Position numbers and translations under genes: made by a program. Shown piece after piece: positions 37,315 to 51,753 of a DNA stretch of 64,000 nucleotides. Source of the stretch: Macrostomum lignano. Lineage: Eukaryota. The DNA lies in the NCBI GenBank assembly GCA_002269645.1, contig NIVC01003969.1:3285-67284 (forward strand), read 5' to 3'. Each line of letters begins with the position of its first letter. Position 1 is the stretch's first letter. The notes under the pieces were generated by a model that did no database searches, was not told the DNA's origin, and worked only from the letters and a program-made list of their open reading frames with translations.

Positions 37315-37644
37315 TCCCTCTCCCTCCCTATCTCTCTCTTTCTATCCCCCTCTCACCCTCCTTATCTCTCTCTCGCTCTCCCCTCTCACCGTTTCCCTCC
37401 TTATCTCTCTCACTCTCCCCCTCTCACCGTTTCCCTCCTTATCTCTCTCTCACTCTCCCCCTCTCACCGTTTCCCTCCTTATCTCTCTCTCGCTCTCCCC
37501 TCTCACCGTTTCCCTCCTTATCTCTCTCTCACTCTCCCCTCTCACCGTTTCCCTCCTTATCTCTCTCTCACTCTCCCCTCTCACCATTTCCCTCCTTATC
37601 TCTCTCTCTCTCTCACTCTCCCCCTCTCACCGTTTCTCTCCTTA

Positions 37645-37678
<34 letters not shown>

Positions 37679-39540
37679 CCTCTCACCGTTTCCCTCCTTA
37701 TCTCTCTCTCTCTCACTCTCCCCCTCTCACCGTTTCCCTCCTTATCTCTCTCTCACTCTCCCCCTCTCACCGTTTCCCTCCTTATCTCTCTCTCTCTCTC
37801 TCACTCTCCCCCTCTCACCGTTTCCCTCCTTATCTCTCTCTCTCTCACTCTCCCCCTCTCACCCTCTCCCTTTTTTCTCGCTTACTATCTTTCTCCCTCT
37901 CATTTCGCTCCCTTCTCTTTACCTCTCCGATCCCTACCTCTCTCTCGCTCTCCCTTCCTATCTCTCCCTCTCCTCTCTCTGTCATCGTCTCTGTCTCCCC
38001 CCTCTCCTTGTCTTGAAGTGAATATCTAGAAAACAAAACATCTAAAAACAAATATTTTCCCTCTAAGTATCATAGGAGCGTAGAAGTATCTTAGACATAT
38101 CTTTTCACTTTCCCCTTGTACTTCTCACAGACAGGTAAGCTCTGTCGGCAGCCACAACTATGGCCTGAATTTTATATCAATAAGTTTTGTATTTTTTCGC
38201 GTCATAAATATTAATTTCCTATCGAAATTTCAGGTTTTACAGACAAGCAACGACAAAAAAGCTGAATTTCAGCATCGAGATATTTTTACACAAAAGCTGA
38301 AGATGTCTCTCTACCTGTCCCTGTCTATCTGCCTCTTCCTCTGTCTCCCTACCTCTCCTGTGTCTCTACCTCTCCCCTGCCTCTCTACCTCTCCCCTGTC
38401 TCTACCTCTCCCCTGTCTATCTACCTCTCCCCTGTATCTCTACCTCTCGCCTGTCTATCTACCTCTCGCCTGTCTATCTACCTCTCCCCTGTCTATCTAC
38501 CTCTCACCTGTCTATCTACCTCTCCCCTGTCTATCTACCTCTCCCCTGTCTATCTACCTCTCCCCTGTCTATCTACCTCTCCCCTGTCTATCTACCTCTC
38601 CCCTGTCTATCTACCTCTCCCCTGTCTATCTACCTCTCCCCTGTCTATCTACCTCTCCCCTGTCTATCTACCTCTCCCCTGTATCTCTACCTCTCCCCTG
38701 TCTATCTACCTCTCCCCTGTCTATCTACCTCTCCCCTGTCTATCTACCTCTCCCCTGTCTATCTACCTCTCCCCTGTCTATCTACCTCTCCCCTGTCTAT
38801 CTACCTCTCCCCTGTCTATCTACCTCTCCCCTGTCTATCTACCTCTCCCCTGTCTATCTACCTCTCCCCTGTCTATCTACCTCTCCCCTGTCTATCTACC
38901 TCTCCCCTGTCTATCTACCTCTCCCCTGTCTCCCTACCTCTCCCCTGTATCTCTACCTCTCCCCTGTCTATCTACCTCTCCCCTGTCTATCTACCTCTCC
39001 CCTGTCTATCTACCTCTCCCCTGTCTATCTACCTCTCCCCTGTCTATCTACCTCTCCCCTGTCTATCTACCTCTCCCCTGTCTATCTACCTCTCCCCTGT
39101 CTATCTACCTCTCCCCTGTCTATCTACCTCTCGCCTGTATCTCTACCTCTCCCCTGTCTATCTACCTCTCCCCTGTCTCCCTACCTCTCCTGTGTCTCTA
39201 CCTCTCCCCTGTATCTCTACCTTTCCCCTGTCTATCTACCTCTCCTCTGTCTCTCTACCTCTCCTTTTTCTCTCTACCTCTCCTCTGTCTCTCTACCCCT
39301 CCCCTGTCAATCTACATCTCCCCTGTCTATCTACCTCTCCTCTGTCTATCTACCTCTCCCCTGTCTATCTACTTCTCCCTTGTCTCTCTACCTCTACCCT
39401 GTCTCTCTACCTCTCCCCTGTCTCTCTACCTCTCCCCTGTCTCCCTACCTCTCCCCTGTCTCTCTACCTCTCCCCTGTCTCTCTACCTCTCCCCTGTCTC
39501 TCTACCTCTTCCTGTATCTCTACATCTCCATCGTCTCCCT
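37315..39540. repeat. Pyrimidine-rich minisatellites: about 40-bp unit with (CT)n (37315-37990) and 19-bp (CTACCTCTCCCCTGTCTAT)n (38325-39540)
   Basis: Visible tandem copies; source of the long spurious S/P/L ORFs. Confidence 0.95.
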
Positions 39541-39826
39541 ACCTCTTTGTATCCCTCCCCACTGTTAACCGTCCCAATATTCCTTCCCTGTACTTCCCAC
39601 CTGACATGAGCCTCTGAATCTGCAGCGACAAGCCGAGAGTTGCAAAAAAGTCTTTGATCAACCCAAGCTGCATTCAATTCCAATAATTAGGAATGTCCTA
39701 AGAAATATGCCTTTTAATCGTATTGATCCGTGAGAACTAGCCGCTTCAGTAGTCCCGATCAAAGTTTTATTAGTGCAACTGAAAAATAGAGTGCATTTCG
39801 CTAAGGAAAAAAACCGATTGGGGGAC

Positions 39827-41102
<1,276 letters not shown>

Positions 41103-42706
41103 CCGAGCTGACTAAATGACTATTGGATTAAAACTAGGATAAGTAGCTCGTAATCAATGTACTATATTTAAACTTATTACAATTTTGTTATAATGAGTAG
41201 CAAATTCAAAGCTTTCTTGCACACGCAACTTAGAAAAGCAGACTAGTAACTTGACAAAAATAGAATTTCTGGACAGAAGTTAATTGCAAAAGCTGATAGC
41301 AACGCACACAATCATGATAGGACAAGAAATCTTCGCAGTGGCAATAGCAAATTAACTGTGACACAATACGCCTTAGAGCAGTGGGTTATGTTAAGAAAGT
41401 AAAATCAATCATATTATCAAGCATCAAGCTTGCAATATTTCCTATCCAAATTAAGCATTTGAAAAGAGGTCAAACAGACTGCTTTTTTGTGATAAAAATC
41501 GTTTTAAATTGGTACTTCTGAATGGTTGATTTGTTTAACAATGCACCCTGTGATTACGCAATCGCGCATGTACGAGTACTTTTTCAATTATAAAAACATT
41601 CTGTGATCCAATTGAACTGAGCGCTAAATAGAAAAATGTGGGAGTACACACAAAATACTAAAAATCATTGGAAAAAATAACAGCATAGAGTTACTTCTAA
41701 AGTAAAAATTGAAAAAAACGTGTACAGAATAAGTTCATTACAAATTTCGATGTATTTTTAATATAACAATCAATATCGTATACTACATCATGGATAGGTG
41801 AAGCAAAAGGACGCCATACTCGCAAAAGTTGTTTACAAAGAAAACAAAATAATTTGCCAAAATTTTGAACTTTTTTTGCTCTTCAGTAATATTTTTTTCA
41901 AACTATATTTGAATTTCGGTAGTCCAGAATTTAGCGCTGAAATATCTTACTAATGCAGTTTTTGTAGCGGAAAAAGGCGCGTCTGGACTGCAGCAAAGTT
42001 TGCACGATTTATGAGTTTATAGCGTCCTTTTACTACAACTGGGCCTGCGTCCTTACTGACAAGCAGGGCATGAAAACGAAAAGTCCGAACCTCTGGTAAA
42101 TTAGACGTCTTTAGTTCGAATTCGCGGGCTTTGCTTTCCCATCTGAGTCCCGACGGCGACATGTGGCTCTTGTGTCCAACTGGGAGCTGCAGAATTGAGT
42201 TGGTTGGGTTTCGGGAAGCTCCATACGGACGCTGAGGTAAGTGAGGCTACAGAGGGTCTTCAGATAATGCTTCGAATAGCTAACTTTTCTTTAGTGCCCA
42301 TCAGAATCTTAATAAAAAAATCTAAAAAGCTCAGCTAAAAATAGATCGACCTTTGATGGTTTGCGTCTGAGCGGGTTTCAAAGTCGGGTTTAACAATTTG
42401 CAAGTCGATGGGTTCCTTTGTACTGAGTCGATTTGAAATTGCATCCGATCATTGGCATTCTACGCTCGTAATTAAATGGTTATTTGAATAATTTTTTTAA
42501 AATAGAATATATTAATCCAAGCATTAGATTCCCTGTTTATCGATCTGTTGTGAATTCAGTAACAAATACTTGGCTCATAACCGCTTGTCTTTCTGTCTGC
42601 CAATTGACAGCTTCACTCGGGCTCAGATTTCTCAGCAATCTACTTGAAATTAATTTTAGCGACAAGCCTTACCTTAGCGGAATTAAACACCTGATGGGAA
42701 CTATGC

Positions 42707-45700
42707 CTAGCGCGACTCGTCAGCTGAGTAGCGGACCAGACAGAACACAATGTCCGATGCCAGCATGGGGAAGTCGGGCGCTGGGTTAGTGATGACGTAC
42801 CGGGCGATGAGAGCCTGCTCGCCCTCCTCTGGCGGGGTGATGAAGCGGTACAGGCCGATGCACAGAATCCCGTGCCGGTGCAGAGCGCCCAAGAACAGCT
42901 TGGAGAAGTCGCCCTGGCTGTACTGGCGGAGTCGCTCGTCGCTGACTGGCAGCTGGGCGACACGAGCTCGATCTCGCCTGCGCAGCGTTTCCGGACTGCA
43001 GAAGCCGCCTCGGATGCCGGCACCCTCGGCGAGAATCTGCTCCAGCTCAGGAGTGGCGCCGCCGGTCACCAGAGTCCGGATGAGGGTCAGCGCGTTCTCG
43101 TTGAAATACGCGGTGCTCATCAGGGAGTCCAGCACACTCACAGCAAACGAGGTGCCGCAGGCGAACGGCTGCGTCATGTAAAGCTCTGTGTCCGGATCGT
43201 CATCGTCGTCCTGCTCCAGGAATTGGACGTTTGCATCGACCGCCAACTCGGTGAGGATGCAAATGTTGTTGAGACGATTCGAGCCCGAGCCCTGTTCGAC
43301 AGGCGGCGTGTCGAAGGCCATGGCCTTGATGTTCAGGGAGCACAAGATCGCCTCCTTGTCGACAAGAGTTGCATCGTCGCCCATTCCAGAGTTCTGCTTA
43401 GAGCTGAGCACGACGCACATTTGAGCAAGGTTGATGTTCACCGCTCTAAGGTTGGAACGGTTTAGCGGGGAGCCCGGAAAGAAGCTCAGCTTGGGAAAGT
43501 TTATCAAGGTCTTCCACTCGCGCCTCAGGTACTCCATGTTGCCGACAAATATGATGTGACGCAGCTCGCTATAATGAAAGTTGCTGGCCCTCAGAGGCAT
43601 CACGAAGCTTCTGAGGCCAATTAAAGGACTTGATGAGTCTGCGAACACGCACACAACGATATGGTTGCTGAAAACTGTTAAATTCACCTGCTCCCGGCTC
43701 AGTACTAGCTCTTCAAATGAGGTCTCTTGGCACCAGTGGAACATGCCTGTCGAGTCGAACCGTCGCTCGGACTGCTGCCCGAGTATTTTGGCTTCGTTAG
43801 GAGACAGAAGTGACGGTCTGCGGCTGCCGGCGTTGAGTTCGGTGCTCGCTGGAGCTGAGGTGCCGCCGACGCCGCTGCTGCTGGCGCTGCCGCCGTTTCC
43901 GCTGGGGTTTCCACTGCCACCATTGCCAGCCGGTGTTGTTGTCAGGTTCGCCGAGCTGTCCTTGCTGTGCCGATTGCGAATCACAGTCTTGCCGGCCGAA
44001 TGCTTCGGGTTGCTCTGCCTGCAGCGGCATCGCTTCACCAGCTCTGGGTCTGCAACGTCGCTGTGGCATCGGCTGCAGTAGAAGTAGGCCTTCTTCACCT
44101 CTTCGGCCGACTGGGCAACGAAGAACCCCTGAGTGCCTGCCTCTACTTTGATGCCCTCCTTCGGGTTGATGGCGATGCCAGTCTCGCCTTCAATGGCAAT
44201 CAACAGGAGGTGCAGCTTGCTGAAGCAAACCTCCGCTGCCGCAGGGAAACTCAGACCATCAAAAGCTGGCGATAGAAACTCGGTGTACATTTCCATGCCC
44301 GCCCCCTGCAAATAGTTGTTGAGCCATCTGGGGATGCTTTTCCCTTCACGGTAGCTGCGCATGGTAAACAGATTCGCCAACAGGGTGGAGAAGCCGAACG
44401 CCATGCAGCTCTGAGCCAGGAAGCCTAGCTTCAGCTCGGCGACGCAGACGGCATCGTCGCCTTGCTTCCAGTCCCAGCTGGGGATGTTGAGCAGGTAGGT
44501 CTTGTTGTGGTACTGCATCAGCTGGATGATCACCTTGATGCGCTCGCAGAAGTTTTTAATTGAGATGACGCGCATGATGTTGGCGGCATCCTCGGCATCC
44601 GGGTCGGGGCAGTACTTGTTGGCCAGCACCAGACAGGCATCTGCAGACTCCAGGCCCACCCTGGCCAGGTCCCTCGTGTTCATCACGGAACCCTGAAAGA
44701 ATTGAACCTGCGTGAAATGTCGCTTCAACAGGCCTTGCATCTCCAGGTCGGGTACGTGCTTGTCCAGCACCACAATCTGAACGTCGACATCCTCGCGATC
44801 CTCGTGCAGAAAATCGCCAAGAAAGTTGGCCACCGATTCGAAGGTGATGTGGCCGCACAGCACGATGTGCTGTTTGCCTGCCTCCTTGCGAAAGTGGCCG
44901 CCGTACTTGTTGCGCGAGCTGAGGATGTCCGCAATCTCGGGGATAGAGTTAGCGAACACGGCCAGGCCGCCCATGATGACCAGCGCGGAGCCGATTTTGC
45001 CCGAGATCGTGGTGCAATAAACGTCTCCGTAGCCAACGGTTGACATTGTGACAATGACAAAGTAGATGCAGGTGAAGTAGTTCATGTCGTATAAGGTATT
45101 TTTGTTGGTAAAATTTGGCGGATCGCCAGAGTTTTCGACCAGGTGGATGAGACCTGCCGCGGTCAGGACCAGAGAAGCAAAGAAAGTGATCAGCTGTAGC
45201 AGCCGAATCCCTGTGCTGGTTCTTAGAATGTTTAAGTATTGAAGCACGTCCGGCAGGCTGAGAATTCTCAAGGCCCTGGTGGACCTGAGGCCGATCCAGT
45301 TCTGGTCAAGATAGACGGCAACAAATGACGGAGGAATGGTTAGAATATCCACTATGCTGTACATTTCAAACCAAAACCACAGTTTGTCCTGGGCGGCTAT
45401 AAACCGAACAAAAAAGTACACCAGAAAAATGACATTAAATGCCAGGTCCACCTGCTGCGTGACGCTTTCGGACCAGGCGACGCACTCCTCCGTGTTTTTC
45501 ATTCGGACGGTGTCAATTTGGTACACAACAAGAGACGCCATGCTCACGATGAACACCAGAACTACCAGGATCCTACCCGTAGACGTCTGACCCGAGATGA
45601 GCTCGCCAGCCCAGTCCTTGGCTTCAGTGAGCCAGCTGATCTCTATCTGCTCCGACTCCTCCTCCGGAGGCTCCTCGTCCTCGTCAGTCTCCGGAGCGTA

Positions 45701-45883
45701 GCTTCGCTGCCCGCTGCCGATCCCAGAGCGGTGGCGCTGAATTAGGCGGCCGATGAACCGGCTCAGGAGGACAGTCAGAATGCCGCCTACCAGGGCGATC
45801 GCGCTGGACGCCAGAAAGATGTGCCACTTCCGGTGCTCAACGCAAGCAAGTTCCGGTGATGAAGAGGCATTGCTGCTAGACAT
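42707..45883 (-). CDS. KCNMA1: Slo1/BK calcium-activated potassium channel alpha subunit, intronless, 1058 aa
   Basis: S0 segment, [18 protein letters not shown]4 GLRSTRALR, filter [25 protein letters not shown] (RCK1 Ca site), [21 protein letters not shown] and calcium bowl [16 protein letters not shown]. Confidence 0.97.
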   Translation of the reverse strand: MSSSNASSSPELACVEHRKWHIFLASSAIALVGGILTVLLSRFIGRLIQRHRSGIGSGQRSYAPETDEDEEPPEEESEQIEISWLTEAKDWAGELISGQTSTGRILVVLVFIVSMASLVVYQIDTVRMKNTEECVAWSESVTQQVDLAFNVIFLVYFFVRFIAAQDKLWFWFEMYSIVDILTIPPSFVAVYLDQNWIGLRSTRALRILSLPDVLQYLNILRTSTGIRLLQLITFFASLVLTAAGLIHLVENSGDPPNFTNKNTLYDMNYFTCIYFVIVTMSTVGYGDVYCTTISGKIGSALVIMGGLAVFANSIPEIADILSSRNKYGGHFRKEAGKQHIVLCGHITFESVANFLGDFLHEDREDVDVQIVVLDKHVPDLEMQGLLKRHFTQVQFFQGSVMNTRDLARVGLESADACLVLANKYCPDPDAEDAANIMRVISIKNFCERIKVIIQLMQYHNKTYLLNIPSWDWKQGDDAVCVAELKLGFLAQSCMAFGFSTLLANLFTMRSYREGKSIPRWLNNYLQGAGMEMYTEFLSPAFDGLSFPAAAEVCFSKLHLLLIAIEGETGIAINPKEGIKVEAGTQGFFVAQSAEEVKKAYFYCSRCHSDVADPELVKRCRCRQSNPKHSAGKTVIRNRHSKDSSANLTTTPAGNGGSGNPSGNGGSASSSGVGGTSAPASTELNAGSRRPSLLSPNEAKILGQQSERRFDSTGMFHWCQETSFEELVLSREQVNLTVFSNHIVVCVFADSSSPLIGLRSFVMPLRASNFHYSELRHIIFVGNMEYLRREWKTLINFPKLSFFPGSPLNRSNLRAVNINLAQMCVVLSSKQNSGMGDDATLVDKEAILCSLNIKAMAFDTPPVEQGSGSNRLNNICILTELAVDANVQFLEQDDDDDPDTELYMTQPFACGTSFAVSVLDSLMSTAYFNENALTLIRTLVTGGATPELEQILAEGAGIRGGFCSPETLRRRDRARVAQLPVSDERLRQYSQGDFSKLFLGALHRHGILCIGLYRFITPPEEGEQALIARYVITNPAPDFPMLASDIVFCLVRYSADESR

Positions 45884-48800
45884 GGTTGGCAGGCTTGGTT
45901 GTTGGCAGCCCCCCTTACACAGCGATACTGTCCCCTAGGTTAGGATGCAGTCGAAGTATCGAGAAATCCAATGCAATTTTCTAGTTGCAGGATCTCGTGA
46001 TTTTGATTTCACTCGCGACTGATTTTCGATATTTTCTGGCTGCTTCCTTCGGTGAAGACATTTTAATATTGTTTCATTCTCGCTCTCTTTCTCTCTCTCT
46101 CTCTTCGGTAACGCGTGCTAATCACTCCCGCCCTCTACGCTTTCACCATTGGCTGAGTAACGAAACTAAACGCGGTTGGCTGACGAAACAGCAAAATCGT
46201 GGCATGGCTGGGTGAGAAGTACGCGCGCCATCCCCACCCCCGCGAGTGCTATGGTGTCGCGAGACGTTTGCTGTTGCGCTAAGCTGAGGTGAGGCCTTGT
46301 CTCAGCTGTTCCTGATTCCCGCTCCCCCACCCCACTATTTCTTTCCCTTGCTCCCCTCTCTGCTTATATCTCATTGCCCACCTCGCTCCCTGATCCCACA
46401 GGCCTTTTCTGCTTCCGCGTGAGCGTGCGGGTGCTTAGGTTGAAGAATGAGAGCAAGAGAGAGAGGGAAAGGGACAGGGAGGGAATTACGGAATCCCGCA
46501 GCACTTTTGAGTGCAAAGCAGCTCATAACGCCACCTAACGCCCCGTCCGCTTCCTTGGACCAAGTCCTCCACGGTTTTAGGGGCTAAACAGAAAGGGGGT
46601 CGGTTGAGCAGTAACGCTGCCGCCATCTCAGTCTCAGAGCACTGTGGGGGCATTATCCAGTGCAACTCCCCCCCCCCACAGATAACCCCCTGGGGGCATG
46701 GGAGGCCTCTCTGTCTTGTTCTGCCTTCCTGTCTGTCCCCACCCGCCAGTCCGCTCAAACACTTTAATGCTTTTTTCTTCCGCATTTTCTCTCTCTCGCT
46801 CTCTCTCTGCGGCGGAGCTTTGCATTAATAAATACAAATTTTATACGCCTAAAAATGCAGAGCCAGCTTATGTAACAAGCCGGAACAGCGGGTCAAAAAG
46901 CCGGGCGGACAAGCCCCCCCCTCTCCCCGTCGTCCCCGGCCCCCTCTTGCGCATCCTGAATTTATTAAATGCTTTGAATAAAAAAAGTTTGGTGTGACTG
47001 TCAGAGCAATGCTGCGCAAAATGCTGAGATGGGGCAGGGGTGCATAGCCTACGGCTCAAGCATACGCTCGTAGAGAACACCTGGTTGGATGATGTAAAGC
47101 CGCCTTCTGCTTCTTATATTTTACCCGCGATTTCCTATATGCCTAAAAATCATAAAATATGGCACAGCTCGACTCATAGTTTTTTATGACTCTACTAGCG
47201 TCTTTTATAATTTCGGCAAAGCATAATTGTCGGCAAAGCATAATAAAAAAGAAAGAGTCCTAAAACCAATGAGTCGATCCGCGCCATTTTTATATGATTT
47301 TAAACACAGTGCATGTACGATTGTACGTAGGATATAAAATTGAATATCAATAGAGCTATAATATAAGAAAGGCAAAAAATAACAAAAGATGAACACTTGG
47401 GTCTCCCTTCTATTAAAAAGCAATAAAAAATTTTGCGTTGAAAAATGAAGCCTCCTATCTCCGTAATGTCTTTTTTGGTAAAACATAGCTATCTAAAATT
47501 TTCCAAAAAACGTTACATTAGTTTCAAGGCTCGTTCCAGAATACCGCCGTGACACATAATGAGTTGGTTGTCGTCTCTGTCCCCTACAGCCCCCTCTGCA
47601 AACTTACTAATATAGCCAGTAGCTTTATGTATGTGTAACACGCAACTGACAGTGTTTATACAGTTCAAGAGGTATCCTTTGGTCGACTGATTTGCACTTC
47701 AGGTCACGCGGTGACAGGATGTCAAACTTCGTTACGTCTATATGAGGTTCTCTGGTCTTTCAACCGAGGTTAAGTGCATAGAGCCCGCTATAGTGAAGTA
47801 AATGAGCTACAAGAGGTGAAGCCGTGAGGTGCAGCTCCAATTAGCGTTTTTAGCGGTCATAAATTTAATTGGATTGTTGATGCCTATCATCAAATTTGAA
47901 GCTAAAGGATATACTTCCGTACTATTAGAAATTCCCTACTGAATGCTTCCAATCGTCCTTTAAAGGCTTGAATGATCGAAGAGCTCCGGCACAAACCTGC
48001 AATATCATTGTGCTGCAATAGAGCCATATACTGTAAATGAGCAAACACGAACTTTCACAGTTGCACAATGAGCCTGCAGTATCGAGGATTAAATTATATG
48101 CAAATGTAATTGGCTGTGTTGCTACAGGATGGAGCAGGTTAGTGATAAACTCGTCTGACTCTGGCGCCACGACACCTGGTTTGGTTCTGTGCATCTCTAC
48201 ACGCTATGAGTATGAGCGTGTTTGCTCAGGATGTGCTCACGAGTCAGCGGATGTGTCCAGAATTGCCGTCAGCGCTGATTGTGGGACATTTTCACCGACG
48301 TGTCCACATCTCTTCCTGCAATTGCTCATGCTCATGTGGGCTGTTGAGATGCCAAGTGTCAATAGGGAGATGTTGGTACGCCAAGCATCAAAGGGAGAGT
48401 TAGCGTTAAGACATGGCGGAAAGTGAGCTAGGATTTGATGTCAAAGCTGAAAGGGGGTGCTGATATCTTTTGCTACGAGTAGATACTCGCGTAGCAGCTG
48501 ACTTTCAAACATCTTTTTTTCCTTAAGAAACTAAAGAAACTTGTATGTAACACAATGTCGAAAGCTACATATGTAGCTTATTAAAAAATATTCATTTTTG
48601 TTGCCTTCCTATAAGAGAGAGAAGAATGCTAGTCCTCCATAGATAAAAAATGACAGTAAAGCTCGACAGTAATGTCTACTGAATGGTAGATGAGTTTCTG
48701 GGAAGCGTACGTCTCGAGAAAAGCAGGAAAGTCTCGAGATTGATAAAGGAGTCTCGAGATAATTATGGAATGGAACGATGAAATGATGGATGGAAGAGTC

Positions 48801-49239
48801 TGAAGACTGATGAGTATCATTGAAGAGTCTCGAGAATGACTGAAGAGTCAGGTTGCAGAGAAGGCTGCTGCTGCTGCTGCTGCTGCTGTCATTCCGCCCG
48901 GATCGGAATGGCTTGATGACTGCTAGGCTGTAAAATATGCAAAAAAATCCACAAAGTTTTTTATTGATTCAAACGACATAAAAACGTTTTGCCCTGCAGA
49001 TAGGAAGCAGCTTCGAAGTTTTTATGCTCCAAATTTTAATTGGAAAATTTGAAAACTTCTTCAAACAAGTCAAGCTGCGGTGCTAGAAAGCTAGAAAAGT
49101 TTCTTTATTCTAGTTGGTTACAGTCCTTAACTTTGCTAATAAATACTTTTACAGCAGAAGAATATCGGTTGGAAGGTTTATATCTCTAGCCCGCTACTTA
49201 AAGTAACAGAGAAAGGGTTTTATTAGTAGAACATCTTGC

Positions 49240-50930
49240 TCAGTAACCGTGCTCATGGTTGATCTTCTTTGATGTCACTCCGCCAACCCCGCTGCCAGGC
49301 TTGCTGTCCTGGGTCAACCTGGCCACGTCCTCCCGGTTCATGAGGTCGTTCAACTCCTGCTCGATGCGCAGCAGCTTGGCATTGCTCTCGTTCTCCTTGA
49401 ACAGGGTGTCCTTACAGGTAACCTGAGCCAGGAGCGAGTTCAACTGCGACTGCTCCAAGTTTTTGAATACAGTTTGATGATTTTGGTTAGGCTCCGAATC
49501 GATCTCCTGGATGAGGTTGTGCAGTCCGTAGTTCAGAGCCCGGGTGTCGCCGCCCTGCTTGGCGCCCGGATCCGACAGCTGACTGTCGCGCGGCAGCTTC
49601 TGAGCGGCCGGTTGATCTGCAAGCGGACAAAAATACACAATTAAAGCTTTTACTTAAAGCCAGTTCATACTGCCCGACAAGTGGAAAGCGAGGACTTTCT
49701 GTACCCGGTATTACGGTTTAGAAACTCCGGGGCTCTGGTCAGTTTTGGGTCGCCGATCCGGAGACTGCAAACGGGCTGGGATCTCCGACCATCTTAAAGG
49801 GTTTAGGATCTCCTTCGGAGAATACAAACGGTTAGGGATCTCCACGATCGGAGATCCGTAACCGTTGTGGGATCTCCGGGGCATGGTCAGGTCTCCCTAT
49901 CCGGAGATCCAAAACCAGATTCTGTTATCCCCTCGGAGATTCTACACCGATATCCGTGAGGGCGATTGTAAAATCACGTAATTTTTTTGGCCGGAGATCC
50001 TTAACTCCGGAGAGCAGAAACCCTAACACCGGCTGAGTAAGTGTGTGAAGTGCCATACCAGCCGTTTTTGCAAACTAATTACAACAGTGTATGAGCACCC
50101 TGACGAACTTTAAGCGACATTGTCACACAACCAGCGAGAGGCATTACTGCCCATTCCGCCGACTCCCCTGAGCAGGTACACAAGCGCGCGGATACGTACG
50201 CAATCATACGCACAGCAGCCCTAACTTTATTTAACGTTAGTTATGTACACTTTACTGTGCCTTGGGGGTTGGCCCTCAGGGCCGCTAATTGCGCGAGCAG
50301 AGCCAAGCCGAGAATCGAACTTGGGCCGCTAGAGCCAAGATAGCTACGAGCGTATCAAGCGTCAACAGATATAGCTCGCAGACTTTTATGCTTCCATTTA
50401 CGCTCCTAGCAATAGCCAAAGAAGTTTCTATACAGTGGAACTAAAATCTGGTAATTCAGACACTCGTGTCGTTCTACAAAAGAATGCACTGCAGACTATG
50501 CAAACCATTTAATCAGCTCAATGTTCGCTCTCGTTTGTGTCTCACCTCCTCCTGTGTTTTTCACTCCGCCAATGCCAAACTTGAGTATGGACACATCCGC
50601 GCCCAACGCCTGCTGCCCAATGGAGGCAGTGGAGTCAAGCGAGCCACGGTTTAAATCCGCAGGCGGTGTGCACAGCGGGAAGTGCTGCCGCACAATGCGA
50701 CTCTGCTCAACTTCAATGTCAATCGGTAGCAGCATCCGTTTTTGATCAGGGGAAGCCTCCAGCTTCTTGCGCAGGATGGCGCACACCAGGCACTCGGGAT
50801 CGCGGCGCTTGCCGCAGGCTTCCATCATCCGCTGGATCCCTTCGCGACTCAGACTTTCCGAGTGGTTTATAACAGTGACGTCATTTAAGTGTTTTTCGCC
50901 GATTGACGCTGTCTGTTTGCTTTTTTGCAT
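49240..50930 (-). CDS. Hypothetical protein, complement(join(49240..49616,50546..50930)), about 253 aa
   Basis: Two ORFs joined in phase by a G|GTGAG donor and a GCAG|AT acceptor; the intron holds a MITE-like element and a SINE. No recognised domain; further exons are possible. Confidence 0.5.
49705..50032. mobile_element. MITE-like element with imperfect terminal inverted repeats and internal GGAGATCC/GGATCTCC motifs
   Basis: CCGGTATTACGGTTT at the left versus AAACCCTAACACCGG at the right; many GGAGATC motifs in both orientations. No clear TSD. Confidence 0.4.
50098..50330 (-). mobile_element. tRNA-derived SINE copy
   Basis: The minus strand reads GTTCGATTCTCGGCTTGGCTC (B-box-like), then the shared body ending GGCGGAATGGGCAGTAATGCCTCTCGCTGGTTGTGTGACAATGTCGCTTAAAG. 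Confidence 0.65.
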
Positions 50931-51189
50931 TTTAAAAGGAGCTGACTTGGGGCGATTTAAGTAAAAGCAGCAATACTATTGAGCAATTTTAACTTCCCAA
51001 ATAATACGAGCGTTTTTGACACCATTAATAAAGCAAGCAGACATAGACAATTGTTTTTCCTTAATCGGGGATCTGTTTTATTAATTGATAATAATTGATT
51101 ACACCTGCCCCACTTGGCCCAGATGTGCAACCGACAGCTCAGCCGCAGCTTGTGCGGGGCATCTGAAGGCTGCGTACGGCTGTTCAGTC

Positions 51190-51385
51190 CAAGGACTGTG
51201 GGGTCGTCACACAACCTCGATTACCCCAGCTAATGCTGGCACCAATTTTTAAGTTGAGTGAACTGAAGCAATGCAGAGCTTAAAGTGCCTTGCTCAAGGC
51301 CACAAATTGTTCCAGTGGGATCGAGAATCGAACCCTCGACCTTCAAGTCGTGAGTCCGACGCTCTGACCACTAGGCTATCACTCC
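51190..51385 (-). mobile_element. Second tRNA-derived SINE family with a CORE-like central domain
   Basis: Minus strand GGAGTGATAGCCTAGTGGTCAGAGCGTCGGACTCACGACTTGAAGGTCGAGGGTTCGATTC (A and B boxes), followed by GTGGCCTTGAGCAAGGCACTTTAA. Confidence 0.65.
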
Positions 51386-51505
51386 TTAGTTTTTATTTTT
51401 TCAACTTTTCTTGATTTTTTTCAACAAAAGTAAGGCAATAGACTATAAGGAAATAATAAACGCTTAATGATAGGTACTTGATTTCATTCCTGATTTCACG
51501 CACAG

Positions 51506-51753
51506 ATGTGGGCAGAAACACCTACACGACGAAGATTCGGCAGTCCAGCCCTCCGGTGACTTCCGATTCAACTTCTATCTGGTCGGCCGCTGCCCCATCC
51601 GTCATGCGCTGCCTTTCCAAGTGCAGCGCCAGAGCCGACTGCCAGGCCGCCGTTTTCTCCAAGCGGCTGCTCGCCTGCCACCTGCTGGAGTTCGCCTACC
51701 CGCCAGCCAGCCTGACCGGACCCGACTGGACTCTCTACCAGCGTGGCTGCTGA
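51506..51753 (+). CDS. Terminal exon encoding a PAN/Apple-like Cys domain (upstream exons not identified)
   Basis: CACAG acceptor at 51501-51505; SVMRCLSKCSARADCQAAVFSKRLLACHLL has the PAN C-x3-C-x5-C..C spacing. Confidence 0.5.

Noticed and set aside
41950-42245. Possible exon with a strong GAG|GTAAGT donor at about 42237
   Set aside because: No open frame of meaningful length or partner exon could be identified.
42640-45745. Many alternative-frame and antisense ORFs over the BK channel (likewise over Spinster, the 7312 gene and the MCP)
   Set aside because: Shadows of GC-rich coding sequence with no recognisable motifs.
47480-48430. ORFs 47925-48194 and 48037-48426 as a gene or transposase
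   Set aside because: Short, overlapping, no motif I can recognise; possibly a decayed repeat but unsupported.
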